A stretch of 55,601 nt of DNA from Polyangiales bacterium (lineage in GTDB: Bacteria; Myxococcota_A; Polyangia; Polyangiales; JAFGIB01): contig DASRXR010000480.1 in assembly GCA_035687405.1 (NCBI GenBank), forward strand, positions 1 through 55,601. The letters are read 5' to 3'. The notes below the pieces were generated by a model. The model made no database searches. It had not been told where the DNA came from and was given only the letters and a program-made list of their open reading frames with translations. The number at the start of each line of letters is the position of its first letter. Within the stretch, counting starts at the first letter, position 1. A program made the position numbers and the translations under genes. This document shows positions 8,068 through 16,429 of this stretch, one piece after another.

Positions 8068-10074
8068 ATGGCGCGTAACTCGGCCGATGTCGTCGATCAT
8101 GAGATCGACGCAATGTTGTCTGCGGGCGATCACGACCAGGACGAAGCGGATGCACTCGCTGCGATCAACGAGAGTTGGTTCGACGAGTCGGAGCGTACCG
8201 GGGTGCTGGAGCCGCGCCACTTGCTGGCGCAGCTGCTCCCGCACTCGGCAGTTGCAGCCGAGTCGCGAGCGCGCGAGCCGGCTTCCGAGCAACGCCCGAT
8301 TCAACGCGCGCAGGTTTCAGCGGACGAAGATCCGAGGTGGGATGACGCGAGTGAGATGACCTCGTACGGCGAAGGTGATCGTCCCGCGTCTCTGGAAGTG
8401 CTCGACCTGAGCGGCACGGCCGAGTGGGAAGAAGAAGCGAAGACCGAGTACTTCGAACGCACCGCAAACTTCGAGCTACTCGATTCGACGTTCGTCAGTG
8501 AGTACACGGACCGGTTGCCCGGCGGCTTGAGCGAGCTCCTCTCGAGCGACGCAGACTCGGCGGCTTCCGCGCGTCCGAAGCCGCAACGCAAAAGCGGAGT
8601 GCGCGAGTCGGCTCGCGTGCTGCCGGCGGCCGCGTTGCTCGCTGAACCATCAGAGCTGCGCGACCCGCGCGAGGTCAGTTCACACTTCGCGTATGAAGTT
8701 GCACCCGAGACCCTGCCGGCGTCGAAGCAGACGCAGCGCTCCCTTCCGGTTGGCTCGCGCCCCACGCTTGCGCGCAAATCGAAGGCGTCGAGTCCCAAGC
8801 CTACGTTGAAGCGCCGCACAGGCTCGGAGACGATTCGCGATCGCGGTCGTGCGACCGTGCGAGCGGAGTCGATCACGAGCGATCCGATCGACTTCGAGCC
8901 GGACGCGTTGAACTTCGACGACGCGTCGGTTGCAACCGTGCGCGGAGGCCGGCGCTTCGCACCGAAGTCGGATAGCGTCTCGCAGCGGTCGACCGTCTCG
9001 CAGCGGACGGCGGCAGCACCTCGCAAACTCTCGAAGCCGGCGCCATCGCAGCCAGCCGCAACTGTCCCCGCGCAGTGGCTCGCGTCGCAGCCCACGCCGG
9101 TACCGACGTACGACACCGACTCGTTGCGTCCGCTCGTCGCGCGCAGCACGCGCCCCTCCGTGCCCTCGCAACCGGCCGCGCTCCCCGTGACGGCGGGCTA
9201 CGATTCCGACTTCGCCGAGCTACGTGCGCATCGGCGGCATCAAATCGCCGCGTGGGTCTGGCTCACGGCGAGCGCGCTTTCGGGCGTGGCGCTGATCCTC
9301 GGGATCCGCTCTTGGACGACGCAGCCGCTGCCGATCGCTGAGCCGACGCAGCAGCCGTCCGTCGCACTCGAAACGACGGTGAATGCGGCGCAGCAAGAGG
9401 AGAACGGCTTTTCGATCACGAGCCGACCAGAAGGCGCACAGATCTTCGTGGATGGAAAGCCGACTGGCTTCATCACGCCGGCGAGCATCAAGCGCTTGTC
9501 GCCGGGTCTGCACTCGGTGGAGCTCAAGCTCGACGGCTACTACGACACGACTTTGCCTGCCGCGTTGTCGGAGCACTCGACGCTCGAGCTCGCGCCGGTC
9601 GAGATGCGGGAACATCCGGCTTCGTCGCCCATCGCTGCCGCGGCTCCCACGGGCGCGATCGTCCCGAAGCTGATAGCGGCATCGCGTAGCCACGGGAAGA
9701 GCCGCGAGACACGTCGCTGGCATCGTCGTGGCATCACGCGCAACGCGCCGGTGCGCCTCTTGGATGAACGCGACACGGCCAGTGCGTCCGCGGCTGACGG
9801 TGCGGGCACACTTCGAATCAACAGCCGCCCATGGGCGCGCGTGATGGTCGACAACAAGTTCGTCGGCAACACGCCGCAGCGCGGGCTGAAAGTCGCGGCT
9901 GGTGAACACAGCGTGAAGCTCGTGAACGAGCCGCTCAACATGAGCAAGACGTTCCGAGTCGTCGTCCGCGACGGCGAGACGGTCACGCGCGTCGAGATGC
10001 TCAACGAAGACTCGGACCGATCGCAGGTCTCGCGAGCTTCGTCGAGCGATGCTTACGCGAAGGCCGGCCGCTGA
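8068..10074 (+). CDS. PEGA domain-containing membrane protein
   Basis: ORF 8014..10074; I prefer the ATG at 8068 (MARNSADVV, preceded by GAGG). The N-terminus is acidic, followed by a long Ser/Pro/Ala-rich disordered region and one TM segment (IAAWVWLTASALSGVALILGI). Two PEGA-type modules follow: ITSRPEGAQIFVDGKPTGFITPASIKRLSPGLHSVELKLDGY and LRINSRPWARVMVDNKFVGNTPQRGLKVAAGEHSVKLVNEP. Confidence 0.75.
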   Translation: MARNSADVVDHEIDAMLSAGDHDQDEADALAAINESWFDESERTGVLEPRHLLAQLLPHSAVAAESRAREPASEQRPIQRAQVSADEDPRWDDASEMTSYGEGDRPASLEVLDLSGTAEWEEEAKTEYFERTANFELLDSTFVSEYTDRLPGGLSELLSSDADSAASARPKPQRKSGVRESARVLPAAALLAEPSELRDPREVSSHFAYEVAPETLPASKQTQRSLPVGSRPTLARKSKASSPKPTLKRRTGSETIRDRGRATVRAESITSDPIDFEPDALNFDDASVATVRGGRRFAPKSDSVSQRSTVSQRTAAAPRKLSKPAPSQPAATVPAQWLASQPTPVPTYDTDSLRPLVARSTRPSVPSQPAALPVTAGYDSDFAELRAHRRHQIAAWVWLTASALSGVALILGIRSWTTQPLPIAEPTQQPSVALETTVNAAQQEENGFSITSRPEGAQIFVDGKPTGFITPASIKRLSPGLHSVELKLDGYYDTTLPAALSEHSTLELAPVEMREHPASSPIAAAAPTGAIVPKLIAASRSHGKSRETRRWHRRGITRNAPVRLLDERDTASASAADGAGTLRINSRPWARVMVDNKFVGNTPQRGLKVAAGEHSVKLVNEPLNMSKTFRVVVRDGETVTRVEMLNEDSDRSQVSRASSSDAYAKAGR

Positions 10075-12207
10075 TCAGCGCTTGTTCTTGTAACCGGCGT
10101 AGTTGAGAGCGGCTGGGATCTCGGCCTTCGAGACCTTCGCCGACGCGAGTGCTGCACTGGCCTCGTCTGCCGGTACTTCGTTCAAGCGCAACGCCAGCGC
10201 TACATCGCCCGGCGAGTAGTTCGACTTGCGCATGCTGTCCGCGATCTCCGTCGTCGGCGCGCCGAGCTTCTTCAACGCCTTTGCAACGAACGTGCGATCG
10301 GTTCCGGTTTCCTTCAACACGCCCGCGATGTCCTTGCGCGGCGTGCCCACGTCCGTGAGCGCAACTGCGATTTCGACCGGCTGGCACTTCGCGTCTTTGA
10401 GCCCGTTCGCGAGCTCGGTCTTGTTCGCCTTCGGAAAACCCTTGGCGACCTCGCTGCAGGTGAAGCCCGCGGTCTTGAGCGTGACTGCCGTCTTCGAAAG
10501 TGTCGCGCCATCGCCCTTCGTATCTTCGACGATCATCGGCGGTGTGTACCCCGCAGCCTTCAGCGTCTTGATCGTCTCGTCCTCGCTCAAGTTGAGCTTA
10601 CGCAGGCTCGCGACGATCTCCGGCCGTTTCACGCCGCTGCTCTTCAGCCCGGTGACAACTTCCGCCGGCGCCATCCCGCCCGCCTTCAACCCGAGTGCGA
10701 TCTCCGTGATCTTGTACTTCGCGGCGACGAGTGCACTGACTGCATCCTGCGGCGGCACACCCGCAGCGATGAACGCGCTCGAGAGATCGCCCGCGGCAAC
10801 GCCTTTCGTTTGCGCGGTCGCTGCGACGGACTTCGCAGTCGACTTCGCCGCGAGCAGCGCCGTCGCGATCGACTTCCACGGCATGTTCGCGCCTTGCATC
10901 GCCTCGATCATTTGCGAATCGGTCAGCTTGTTATCGCTCAGTGCCTTGCCGATCTCCGCATCCGTCGCCTTCTGTTGCTGCATCACCGTCACGAGCTCAG
11001 CCGGCTTTACACCGATCGCCTTGAGTGCACTCGCGCGCGCCGACGGGTCGGCATCGGCGACTTTCAACCCGCGCACGATGTTCGCCGCGTCGAAGCCGAC
11101 ATCCTTCAATGTGACCGCGATCTGATCGTAACTCTTGCCCTGCGACTTGAGCTCCTTTGCGAGATCACCCGCGAACACTTTGCCATCGCGCAGCGCGCTT
11201 GCGACTTGCGGCGGCGTGAGCTTGCGATCTTTCAGTGCAGCGGCGATGTCCGTGCCGGATTGATTCGCGCCTTTGAGCAGGACCACGATCTTTTCCGGCG
11301 CGACTCCCGCGAGCGAGAGCGCTTCTGCAACCTGAGTCGTGGTGTCACCGTACTTGATCAGCGCGCTCGTGATCTCCGCTTCGTCGACGCTGCTCTTCTG
11401 CAACGCACCGACGACCTCGCTCGGCTTGTACTTCGCCTGGGAAAGACCCGCGACGATCTCCGGCGTCCCGGCGTTGAGCGCCTTCAAGATCCCGACGATC
11501 TCGAGCGGCGTGAACGTGAATCGCAGCCCGGTTGCGATCTCAGCCGACTCGGTCAGCCCAAACGCGCCCAGGCCTTGGCCGATCTCCGCCTTCGAGTAAG
11601 CCGCATCGCGCATCGCTGCTGCCGCTTGCTTCGCATTTGCGCCATCCGACTTGAGTTCCGCCGCAGCTTCGCTCCCCGTCGCCTTCTTTTGCTTCAACTC
11701 TTTGGCCTTGGCGGTCCAGCTCGCCGCATCGGCGGGCCGAGCTGCTGTCGCGGACGGCACGACCGCATTCGACACCACGGGTGCAGGCGCGGGCGTCGGC
11801 CGCGGACCCATCGTTGGGCCGCCGGGGCCGCCGGGGCCGCCGGGGCCGCCGGGGCCGGCGGGCGCGGTAGGCGCAGGTGCAGGCGCGAGAACCGGTGCCG
11901 GTGCGGGGGCCGGAGCCGAAGCCACAGCTACTTGGGGAGGAGTTTTGTCACTTGCAGAATTACCTTTGTCGCTCGCTTGTTGAGCGAGCTTTTCGGCCTG
12001 TGCTTTCAGTTGGTCGGCCTGCTCCTTGAGCACCTCGGCTTGCTTCTTCAACTGCTCGGCTTGCTGCTTGAGCTCGGCCCTTTGTTGTGCGTCCGAGCTC
12101 GCGTTTGCGCTCGGCGCGATAGCGGGCTTTTTAGCCGGCTCCGCGAGAGCACTGGTGACCGGCACAGCGCATACGAAAAACAGCACTGTACGTGCGGCAA
12201 ACCTCAT
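10075..12207 (-). CDS. secreted repeat protein: signal peptide, coiled-coil-like segment, Pro/Gly-rich spacer, then 38 tandem short helical units
   Basis: 710 aa. Signal MRFAARTVLFFVCAVPVTSALA|EP. Heptad-like QQRAELKQQAEQLKKQAEVLKEQADQLKAQAEKLAQQ. Spacer APAPAPAPVLAPAPAPTAPAGPGGPGGPGGPGGP. Residues 178-705 parse into 36 units of exactly 14 aa plus two of 12 aa. Confidence 0.8.
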   Translation of the reverse strand: MRFAARTVLFFVCAVPVTSALAEPAKKPAIAPSANASSDAQQRAELKQQAEQLKKQAEVLKEQADQLKAQAEKLAQQASDKGNSASDKTPPQVAVASAPAPAPAPVLAPAPAPTAPAGPGGPGGPGGPGGPTMGPRPTPAPAPVVSNAVVPSATAARPADAASWTAKAKELKQKKATGSEAAAELKSDGANAKQAAAAMRDAAYSKAEIGQGLGAFGLTESAEIATGLRFTFTPLEIVGILKALNAGTPEIVAGLSQAKYKPSEVVGALQKSSVDEAEITSALIKYGDTTTQVAEALSLAGVAPEKIVVLLKGANQSGTDIAAALKDRKLTPPQVASALRDGKVFAGDLAKELKSQGKSYDQIAVTLKDVGFDAANIVRGLKVADADPSARASALKAIGVKPAELVTVMQQQKATDAEIGKALSDNKLTDSQMIEAMQGANMPWKSIATALLAAKSTAKSVAATAQTKGVAAGDLSSAFIAAGVPPQDAVSALVAAKYKITEIALGLKAGGMAPAEVVTGLKSSGVKRPEIVASLRKLNLSEDETIKTLKAAGYTPPMIVEDTKGDGATLSKTAVTLKTAGFTCSEVAKGFPKANKTELANGLKDAKCQPVEIAVALTDVGTPRKDIAGVLKETGTDRTFVAKALKKLGAPTTEIADSMRKSNYSPGDVALALRLNEVPADEASAALASAKVSKAEIPAALNYAGYKNKR
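10093..11676 (-). repeat. array of 42-nt coding repeats (14-residue protein units), diverged at DNA level
   Basis: Example consecutive units: VKRPEIVASLRKLN / LSEDETIKTLKAAG / YTPPMIVEDTKGDG / ATLSKTAVTLKTAG / FTCSEVAKGFPKAN ... APTTEIADSMRKSN / YSPGDVALALRLNE / VPADEASAALASAK / VSKAEIPAALNYAG. Residues 190-595 form 29 units with no phase break. Confidence 0.85.
11816..11857 (-). repeat. perfect 9-nt microsatellite, (GGGCCGCCG) x4 plus a 6-nt partial unit, in frame
   Basis: Read directly: gggccgccg at 11816, 11825, 11834 and 11843, then gggccg. On the minus strand it encodes the PGGPGGPGGPGGP segment of the repeat protein. Confidence 0.9.
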
Positions 12208-12790
12208 GGCGTCACACTCCCCTTAAGACGGCGTGAGACTAACCTGCGAACGCGTTCGGATGATAGAGCGGACGACACATGCTGATATGTACTGATTGTC
12301 CAGTTGTCTCATCTGGGTAGAGTCCGTGGCGCGGATGCCGTGAATTGCGCACGTGACGTTTGGAAGCGAACGCTCTCAATTCGAGTCCATTGCTGATGAG
12401 AATCAGCGGCAAAGTGAGACTCGATTTGCTCATCGGGTGGCACAACTAGACCAGCGTGGCTCGCCGTGATTGGCGTGATGGATGAAGTCGAGAGCGGATT
12501 GTTGGTTGCAGCCGTCAGCTGCGGTTGTTTGATGATGGTGGTCATTGAAGTGGCGTCGGGCTTGCCGTCGCCGTCGCCGTCAACGTCAACGACGTGAACC
12601 AGCCACCAACCGCTAGCTGACGCGGTTGTCATTCTTGGGTTGAGCTAGGACTTTCCCGCGCCAGGGAATGCTACCCTGGCGCCGTGTGTTGCAAGCGGTC
12701 GTAGCCACGGGTGCGCGCAGCGCTCGGCCGCGATCCCGCGCGGGTCCCGTACGCGCCCGCTTCTGCTTGCACGAATTGGAAGGAATGCTC

Positions 12791-13660
12791 ATGCGATTGA
12801 ACTCCCGGTGCATCTCGCTGTGCGTCTGTATGTGTCTCTTCTCGACTGCGTCGCTCGCGGCTGCACAACAACAAGCCGCGCCTGAATTGCCCCAACCGAG
12901 CCCGAAAGCGCGCATCGAGCAGCGCGTTGGGCTGACCGACTTCTCGGTCGACTACTCGAGCCCCGGCGTGAAGGGTCGCAAGATCTGGGGCGAGCTCGTG
13001 GCGTACGACAAACCGTGGCGCACCGGCGCGAACGCCGCGACGAAGCTGACCGCCAGCCGCGACTTCACGTTTGGAGGCAAGCCAGTGCCCGCCGGTAGCT
13101 ATGCGCTGTATACGGTTCCGGGGAAGACGGCGTGGCAAGTCGCTCTGAACACGAGCACTGACGCTTGGGGCAACGACGGCTTCGACGTCAAAAAGGACGT
13201 CGTTCGCGTGAGCGTGACGCCACAAGCGATCAAGGGTCGCGAGCGTCTGACGTTTCTGTTCAGCGACACGAGCGATGACGCAGTTCGCGTCGAGCTCGAG
13301 TGGGAAAAGCTGCGGGTCAGCATTCCGATCACTGTCGCGACCAAGCAGCAGGTGTTGACCGGGATCGACAAGGCAGTCGACGACGCATGGCGGCCCCACT
13401 TCGTGTCCGCGCGCTACCTGCTCGACAACAACGGCGATCTCACGAAGGCGCTCGGCTACATCGATCAATCGATCGCGATCAAGCCGACGTGGTGGAACAA
13501 CTGGGTCCGCGCGCAGATCCTCGCGAAACAAAACCGCGCGCAAGAAGCCGTCGCGACCGCGGAAAAAGCACTGCAGCTCGGCACCGGTGACCGCATGTTC
13601 GAGTCGTTCTTCAAAGAGGAAGTCACGAAGACGGTCGCTGGCTGGAAGAAGAAGGGCTGA
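12791..13660 (+). CDS. DUF2911 domain protein with a C-terminal TPR-like region, secreted
   Basis: ORF 12668..13660, trimmed to the ATG at 12791 (GGAAGGA upstream; MRLNSRCISLCVCMCLFSTASLAAAQ signal). FSVDYSSPGVKGRKIWGELVAYDKPWRTGANAATKLTASRDFTFGGKPVPAGSYALYTVPGKTAWQVALN matches my memory of the DUF2911 core. Confidence 0.8.
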   Translation: MRLNSRCISLCVCMCLFSTASLAAAQQQAAPELPQPSPKARIEQRVGLTDFSVDYSSPGVKGRKIWGELVAYDKPWRTGANAATKLTASRDFTFGGKPVPAGSYALYTVPGKTAWQVALNTSTDAWGNDGFDVKKDVVRVSVTPQAIKGRERLTFLFSDTSDDAVRVELEWEKLRVSIPITVATKQQVLTGIDKAVDDAWRPHFVSARYLLDNNGDLTKALGYIDQSIAIKPTWWNNWVRAQILAKQNRAQEAVATAEKALQLGTGDRMFESFFKEEVTKTVAGWKKKG

Positions 13661-13670
13661 GCACCAGCGC

Positions 13671-15260
13671 GTGACCGCGAGTATTTTCGACGCCTATCTG
13701 TCCGGCGGCGCAGGCGAGTTCTTTCCGAGCTCGTTTCTGCGCGCCGAGGATCGGCTTCGCGCGGTCGAACGGGCTGGGCGAATCACTCCGGCGGTGCTGT
13801 CCAGGCTCGAAGCGCAAAACGCGCGCTTCGGGCCGAGCCGAGCGCGCGCAGCGAATCTCGAGTCGCTCGCAGCTGGCGCGGCGGTGGTGGTCACCGGGCA
13901 GCAAGTCGGCTTGTTTCTCGGCCCGCTCTACACCGTCTACAAAGCGGCCACCGCGGTGCGCTGGGCACGTGCGCTCACTGAGCAAACCGGACGGCAGGTC
14001 GTGCCGGTGTTTTGGTTGCAGACCGAAGATCACGATCTCGAGGAGATCGCGCACTGTACCGTGGAGCGGCCACAGGCGGACCCGCTCCCACTCACAGTCC
14101 CGATCGAAGCCCACAACCACGTGTCGATCGCACATCTGGCGTTGCCGGAGTCGATTCGCGCGTGTCACGCGACGCTCGAAAGTGAGCTCGGCGGACTACC
14201 TGAAGCGCGGGTGCATCTCGACCGACTCGCACGACACTACCGGCCGGGTGCGCGCTGGAGCGACGCGTTTGCCGGAGTCTTGGCCGAGCTGTTCGAGCCG
14301 GAAGGGCTGCTCTTGATCGATCCGCGAGAGCGCGCGCTGGCGATCGAGTTGCGCGCGTTGCATCGCGCGGCGCTCGACAAATCGGAAGCCATCGGGACGC
14401 TATTGGTCGCTCGGCGCGATGCGCTCGAAGGCGCGGGTTACGAAGCGATCGTTCACGTGCGACCGGATGCGCCGCTCGCGTTTTTTCACGCCGAGGGTCC
14501 GGAGGGTCCGCGCCATCGGTTGGCGCCGTCGGGCGTGCGCCTGAGTGAGATCGGCGGCACCCGCAGCCATGAGCTGCCGGCGTTGCACGCGACGCTCGAG
14601 CGCGATCCGCTGTGCTTCAGCACGAGTGCACTACTCCGGCCGCTCGCGCAGGACACCCTGCTGCCCACGGCGGCGTACGTCGGCGGGCCGGCGGAAGTCG
14701 CGTACTACGCGCAGCTCGCGCCGCTGTACGCCGCGTTCGGAAAAGAGCTGCCACTCGTCGTACCACGCGCGCGATTTCGCGTGATCGAGCCGGCCGCCGC
14801 GCGGTTGTTGCAGCGCCACGGGCTCGAGCCGAGTGCGGCTGAGATGAGTGAGCAGGCGCTCTTACGCAAGCTCGCTTCGAGCGGTGACGGCGCGCCCGCG
14901 CCAGAGGCCTTCGCGTCGGAGCTGCGATCCGAGCTCGAAGCGGTGCTCGCGCGTGCTCTTGCAACGCTGCCGGAGCCGCTCGCTGCGCTCTCGGGGACGA
15001 TCGCAAAGACCCGGGCCAAGCTGGAGACGACCAGTCGAAAGCTCGCGGAGCGGTACGCCGACGTTCGAGCCACCGCCGACGAAGCGAGAGTGCGCGACGT
15101 ACGGCGCTTGCGAGTGATGTTGCAGCCGAACGGCGTGCCGCAGGAGCGCGAGTACGGCCTCGCGTACTTTGCCTCGAAGCTCGGTGAGCGCGCGTTTCTA
15201 GAGCGGGTGCTGCAGGCGATCGATCCATTCGATGCCGCGCGCAAGGAGTTGTGGTTATGA
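13671..15260 (+). CDS. bshC: bacillithiol biosynthesis cysteine-adding enzyme BshC
   Basis: ORF 13587..15260, trimmed to the GTG at 13671 (10 nt after the previous stop). It is collinear with B. subtilis YllA/BshC as I recall it. Shared motifs are VVVTGQQVGLFLGPLYTVYKAATAVRWA, VPVFWLQTEDHDLEEI, LLRPLAQDTLLPTAAYVGGPAEVAYYAQL and PQEREYGLAYFASKLG. Confidence 0.8.
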   Translation: MTASIFDAYLSGGAGEFFPSSFLRAEDRLRAVERAGRITPAVLSRLEAQNARFGPSRARAANLESLAAGAAVVVTGQQVGLFLGPLYTVYKAATAVRWARALTEQTGRQVVPVFWLQTEDHDLEEIAHCTVERPQADPLPLTVPIEAHNHVSIAHLALPESIRACHATLESELGGLPEARVHLDRLARHYRPGARWSDAFAGVLAELFEPEGLLLIDPRERALAIELRALHRAALDKSEAIGTLLVARRDALEGAGYEAIVHVRPDAPLAFFHAEGPEGPRHRLAPSGVRLSEIGGTRSHELPALHATLERDPLCFSTSALLRPLAQDTLLPTAAYVGGPAEVAYYAQLAPLYAAFGKELPLVVPRARFRVIEPAAARLLQRHGLEPSAAEMSEQALLRKLASSGDGAPAPEAFASELRSELEAVLARALATLPEPLAALSGTIAKTRAKLETTSRKLAERYADVRATADEARVRDVRRLRVMLQPNGVPQEREYGLAYFASKLGERAFLERVLQAIDPFDAARKELWL

Positions 15261-16429
15261 CACTGACTCGCGCGCGCACGGTCGCGATCGTTTGTTATCC
15301 GAGCCTGGGCGGCAGCGGCATCATCGCGAGCGAGCTCGGGGCAGGGCTGGCGCAACGTGGCCACACTGTCCACGTCATCGCAAGCTCGCAACCGAGCCGC
15401 GCGCTCCCTGTGTGCTCGCGCTTGTTCTTCCACGAGGTCAGTGCGCCGAGCTATCCGTTGTTCGAACAAGCGCCGTACACACTCGCGCTGGCTTCGACGA
15501 TCGCGCGCGTCGTTGGAGACCATCACATCGACATTGTGCACGTTCACTACGCGGTACCACACTCCGCGAGCGCGTATCTCGCACGCCAAGCACTCGGAGC
15601 CGCTGCGCCGCGGCTCGTGACGACACTGCACGGCACCGACGTCACGCGAGTCGGTGCCGATCCGAGCTATCAAACCATCACCCGTTTTTGCGTCGAAGCA
15701 TCGGATGCGATCAGCGTGCCTTCGGAGTATCTGCGCGAACAAGCCTGGAGCGCGCTCGGTATTTCAGCGTCGATGCCGATCGACGTCATTCCCAACTTCG
15801 TCGACGTCGATCGGTTTCGCAAACTCGAAGTGCGGGAGCCCCAACGCTTCGACGAGCTGTTCGAGGACTCGTCGACCGGGCCGCTCCTGTGTCACGTCTC
15901 CAATTTTCGCTCGGTGAAACGCGTCACGGATCTGCTCGAAGTGCTCGCTCGCGTCCGGCGCACGCTGCCGGCGAGGTTGTTGCTCGTCGGCGATGGTCCG
16001 GACCGGCCGGCCGCCGCGGCTCGCGCGCGCAGCCTCGGCATTCAGCGGAACGTTTGTTTTCTCGGCAAACGCTCGGACTTCGTCGACTTGCTGCAGCATG
16101 CCGATGTTTTCGTGCTCACGAGCGAGACCGAGAGCTTCGGCTTGGCAGCGCTCGAAGCTCTCAGCTGCGGTGTCCCGGTCGTCGGTTATCGCGTCGGCGG
16201 CGTTCCCGCGGTCGTGACCGAGGACGTCGGACGACTCGTCGCACCCTTCGATCTCGATGCGCTGGCAGCCGCCGTCGTGGAGGTCGTGTCCGAGCCAGCG
16301 TTGCGGGAGCGACTCGGCGATCGAGGCCGCGAACGCGTGCTCGCTAACTTTCGGCGCGAACCGGCGCTCGACGCGTACGAGCGCCTGTACGATCGCGCGC
16401 TGGCGGATCGCGGAGCTTCCGGAGCATGA
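15257..16429 (+). CDS. bshA: N-acetyl-alpha-D-glucosaminyl L-malate synthase BshA (GT4)
   Basis: ORF 15251..16429. The ATG at 15257 gives an ATGA overlap with the bshC stop. Motifs VAIVCYPSLGGSGIIASELGAGLAQRGHTVHVI, HVHYAVPH, TTLHGTDVT, HVSNFRSVKRV, LLLVGDGPD and ETESFGLAALEALSCGVPVVG are collinear with B. subtilis YpjH/BshA from memory. Confidence 0.8.
   Translation: MTLTRARTVAIVCYPSLGGSGIIASELGAGLAQRGHTVHVIASSQPSRALPVCSRLFFHEVSAPSYPLFEQAPYTLALASTIARVVGDHHIDIVHVHYAVPHSASAYLARQALGAAAPRLVTTLHGTDVTRVGADPSYQTITRFCVEASDAISVPSEYLREQAWSALGISASMPIDVIPNFVDVDRFRKLEVREPQRFDELFEDSSTGPLLCHVSNFRSVKRVTDLLEVLARVRRTLPARLLLVGDGPDRPAAAARARSLGIQRNVCFLGKRSDFVDLLQHADVFVLTSETESFGLAALEALSCGVPVVGYRVGGVPAVVTEDVGRLVAPFDLDALAAAVVEVVSEPALRERLGDRGRERVLANFRREPALDAYERLYDRALADRGASGA

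Noticed and set aside
6470-8155. A 561-aa minus-strand ORF, one of the longest in the track.
   Set aside because: It lies antisense to the well-supported Kazal lipoprotein gene. Its composition is dominated by R/A/T/S/H with no motifs. This is the usual high-GC antisense open frame.
10093-11676. The idea that the 14-residue units are TALE-like DNA-binding repeats, because LTPPQVASAL resembles LTPEQVVAIAS.
   Set aside because: The period is 14 (or 28), not 33-35. There is no RVD-like hypervariable pair. The protein has a clear Sec signal peptide, so an extracytoplasmic role is more likely. I keep it only as an unclassified helical repeat.
10810-12285. A 491-aa plus-strand ORF. Similar long ORFs occur at 10226..11125, 37001..38551, 49994..51268, 42924..44066, 16186..17343 and 14705..15742.
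   Set aside because: All lie antisense to, or out of frame with, genes that have clear family motifs. Their products are Arg/Pro/Leu/Asp-rich strings without domains. I treat them as GC-driven artefacts.
12309-12632. A 107-aa minus-strand ORF with a DVDGDGDGKPD motif, considered as a real small gene.
   Set aside because: Its third-position GC is low for this genome. The remainder is low-complexity T/S/P/A sequence. There is no signal peptide and no RBS-like sequence. It is more likely a gene remnant and is reported only as an observation.
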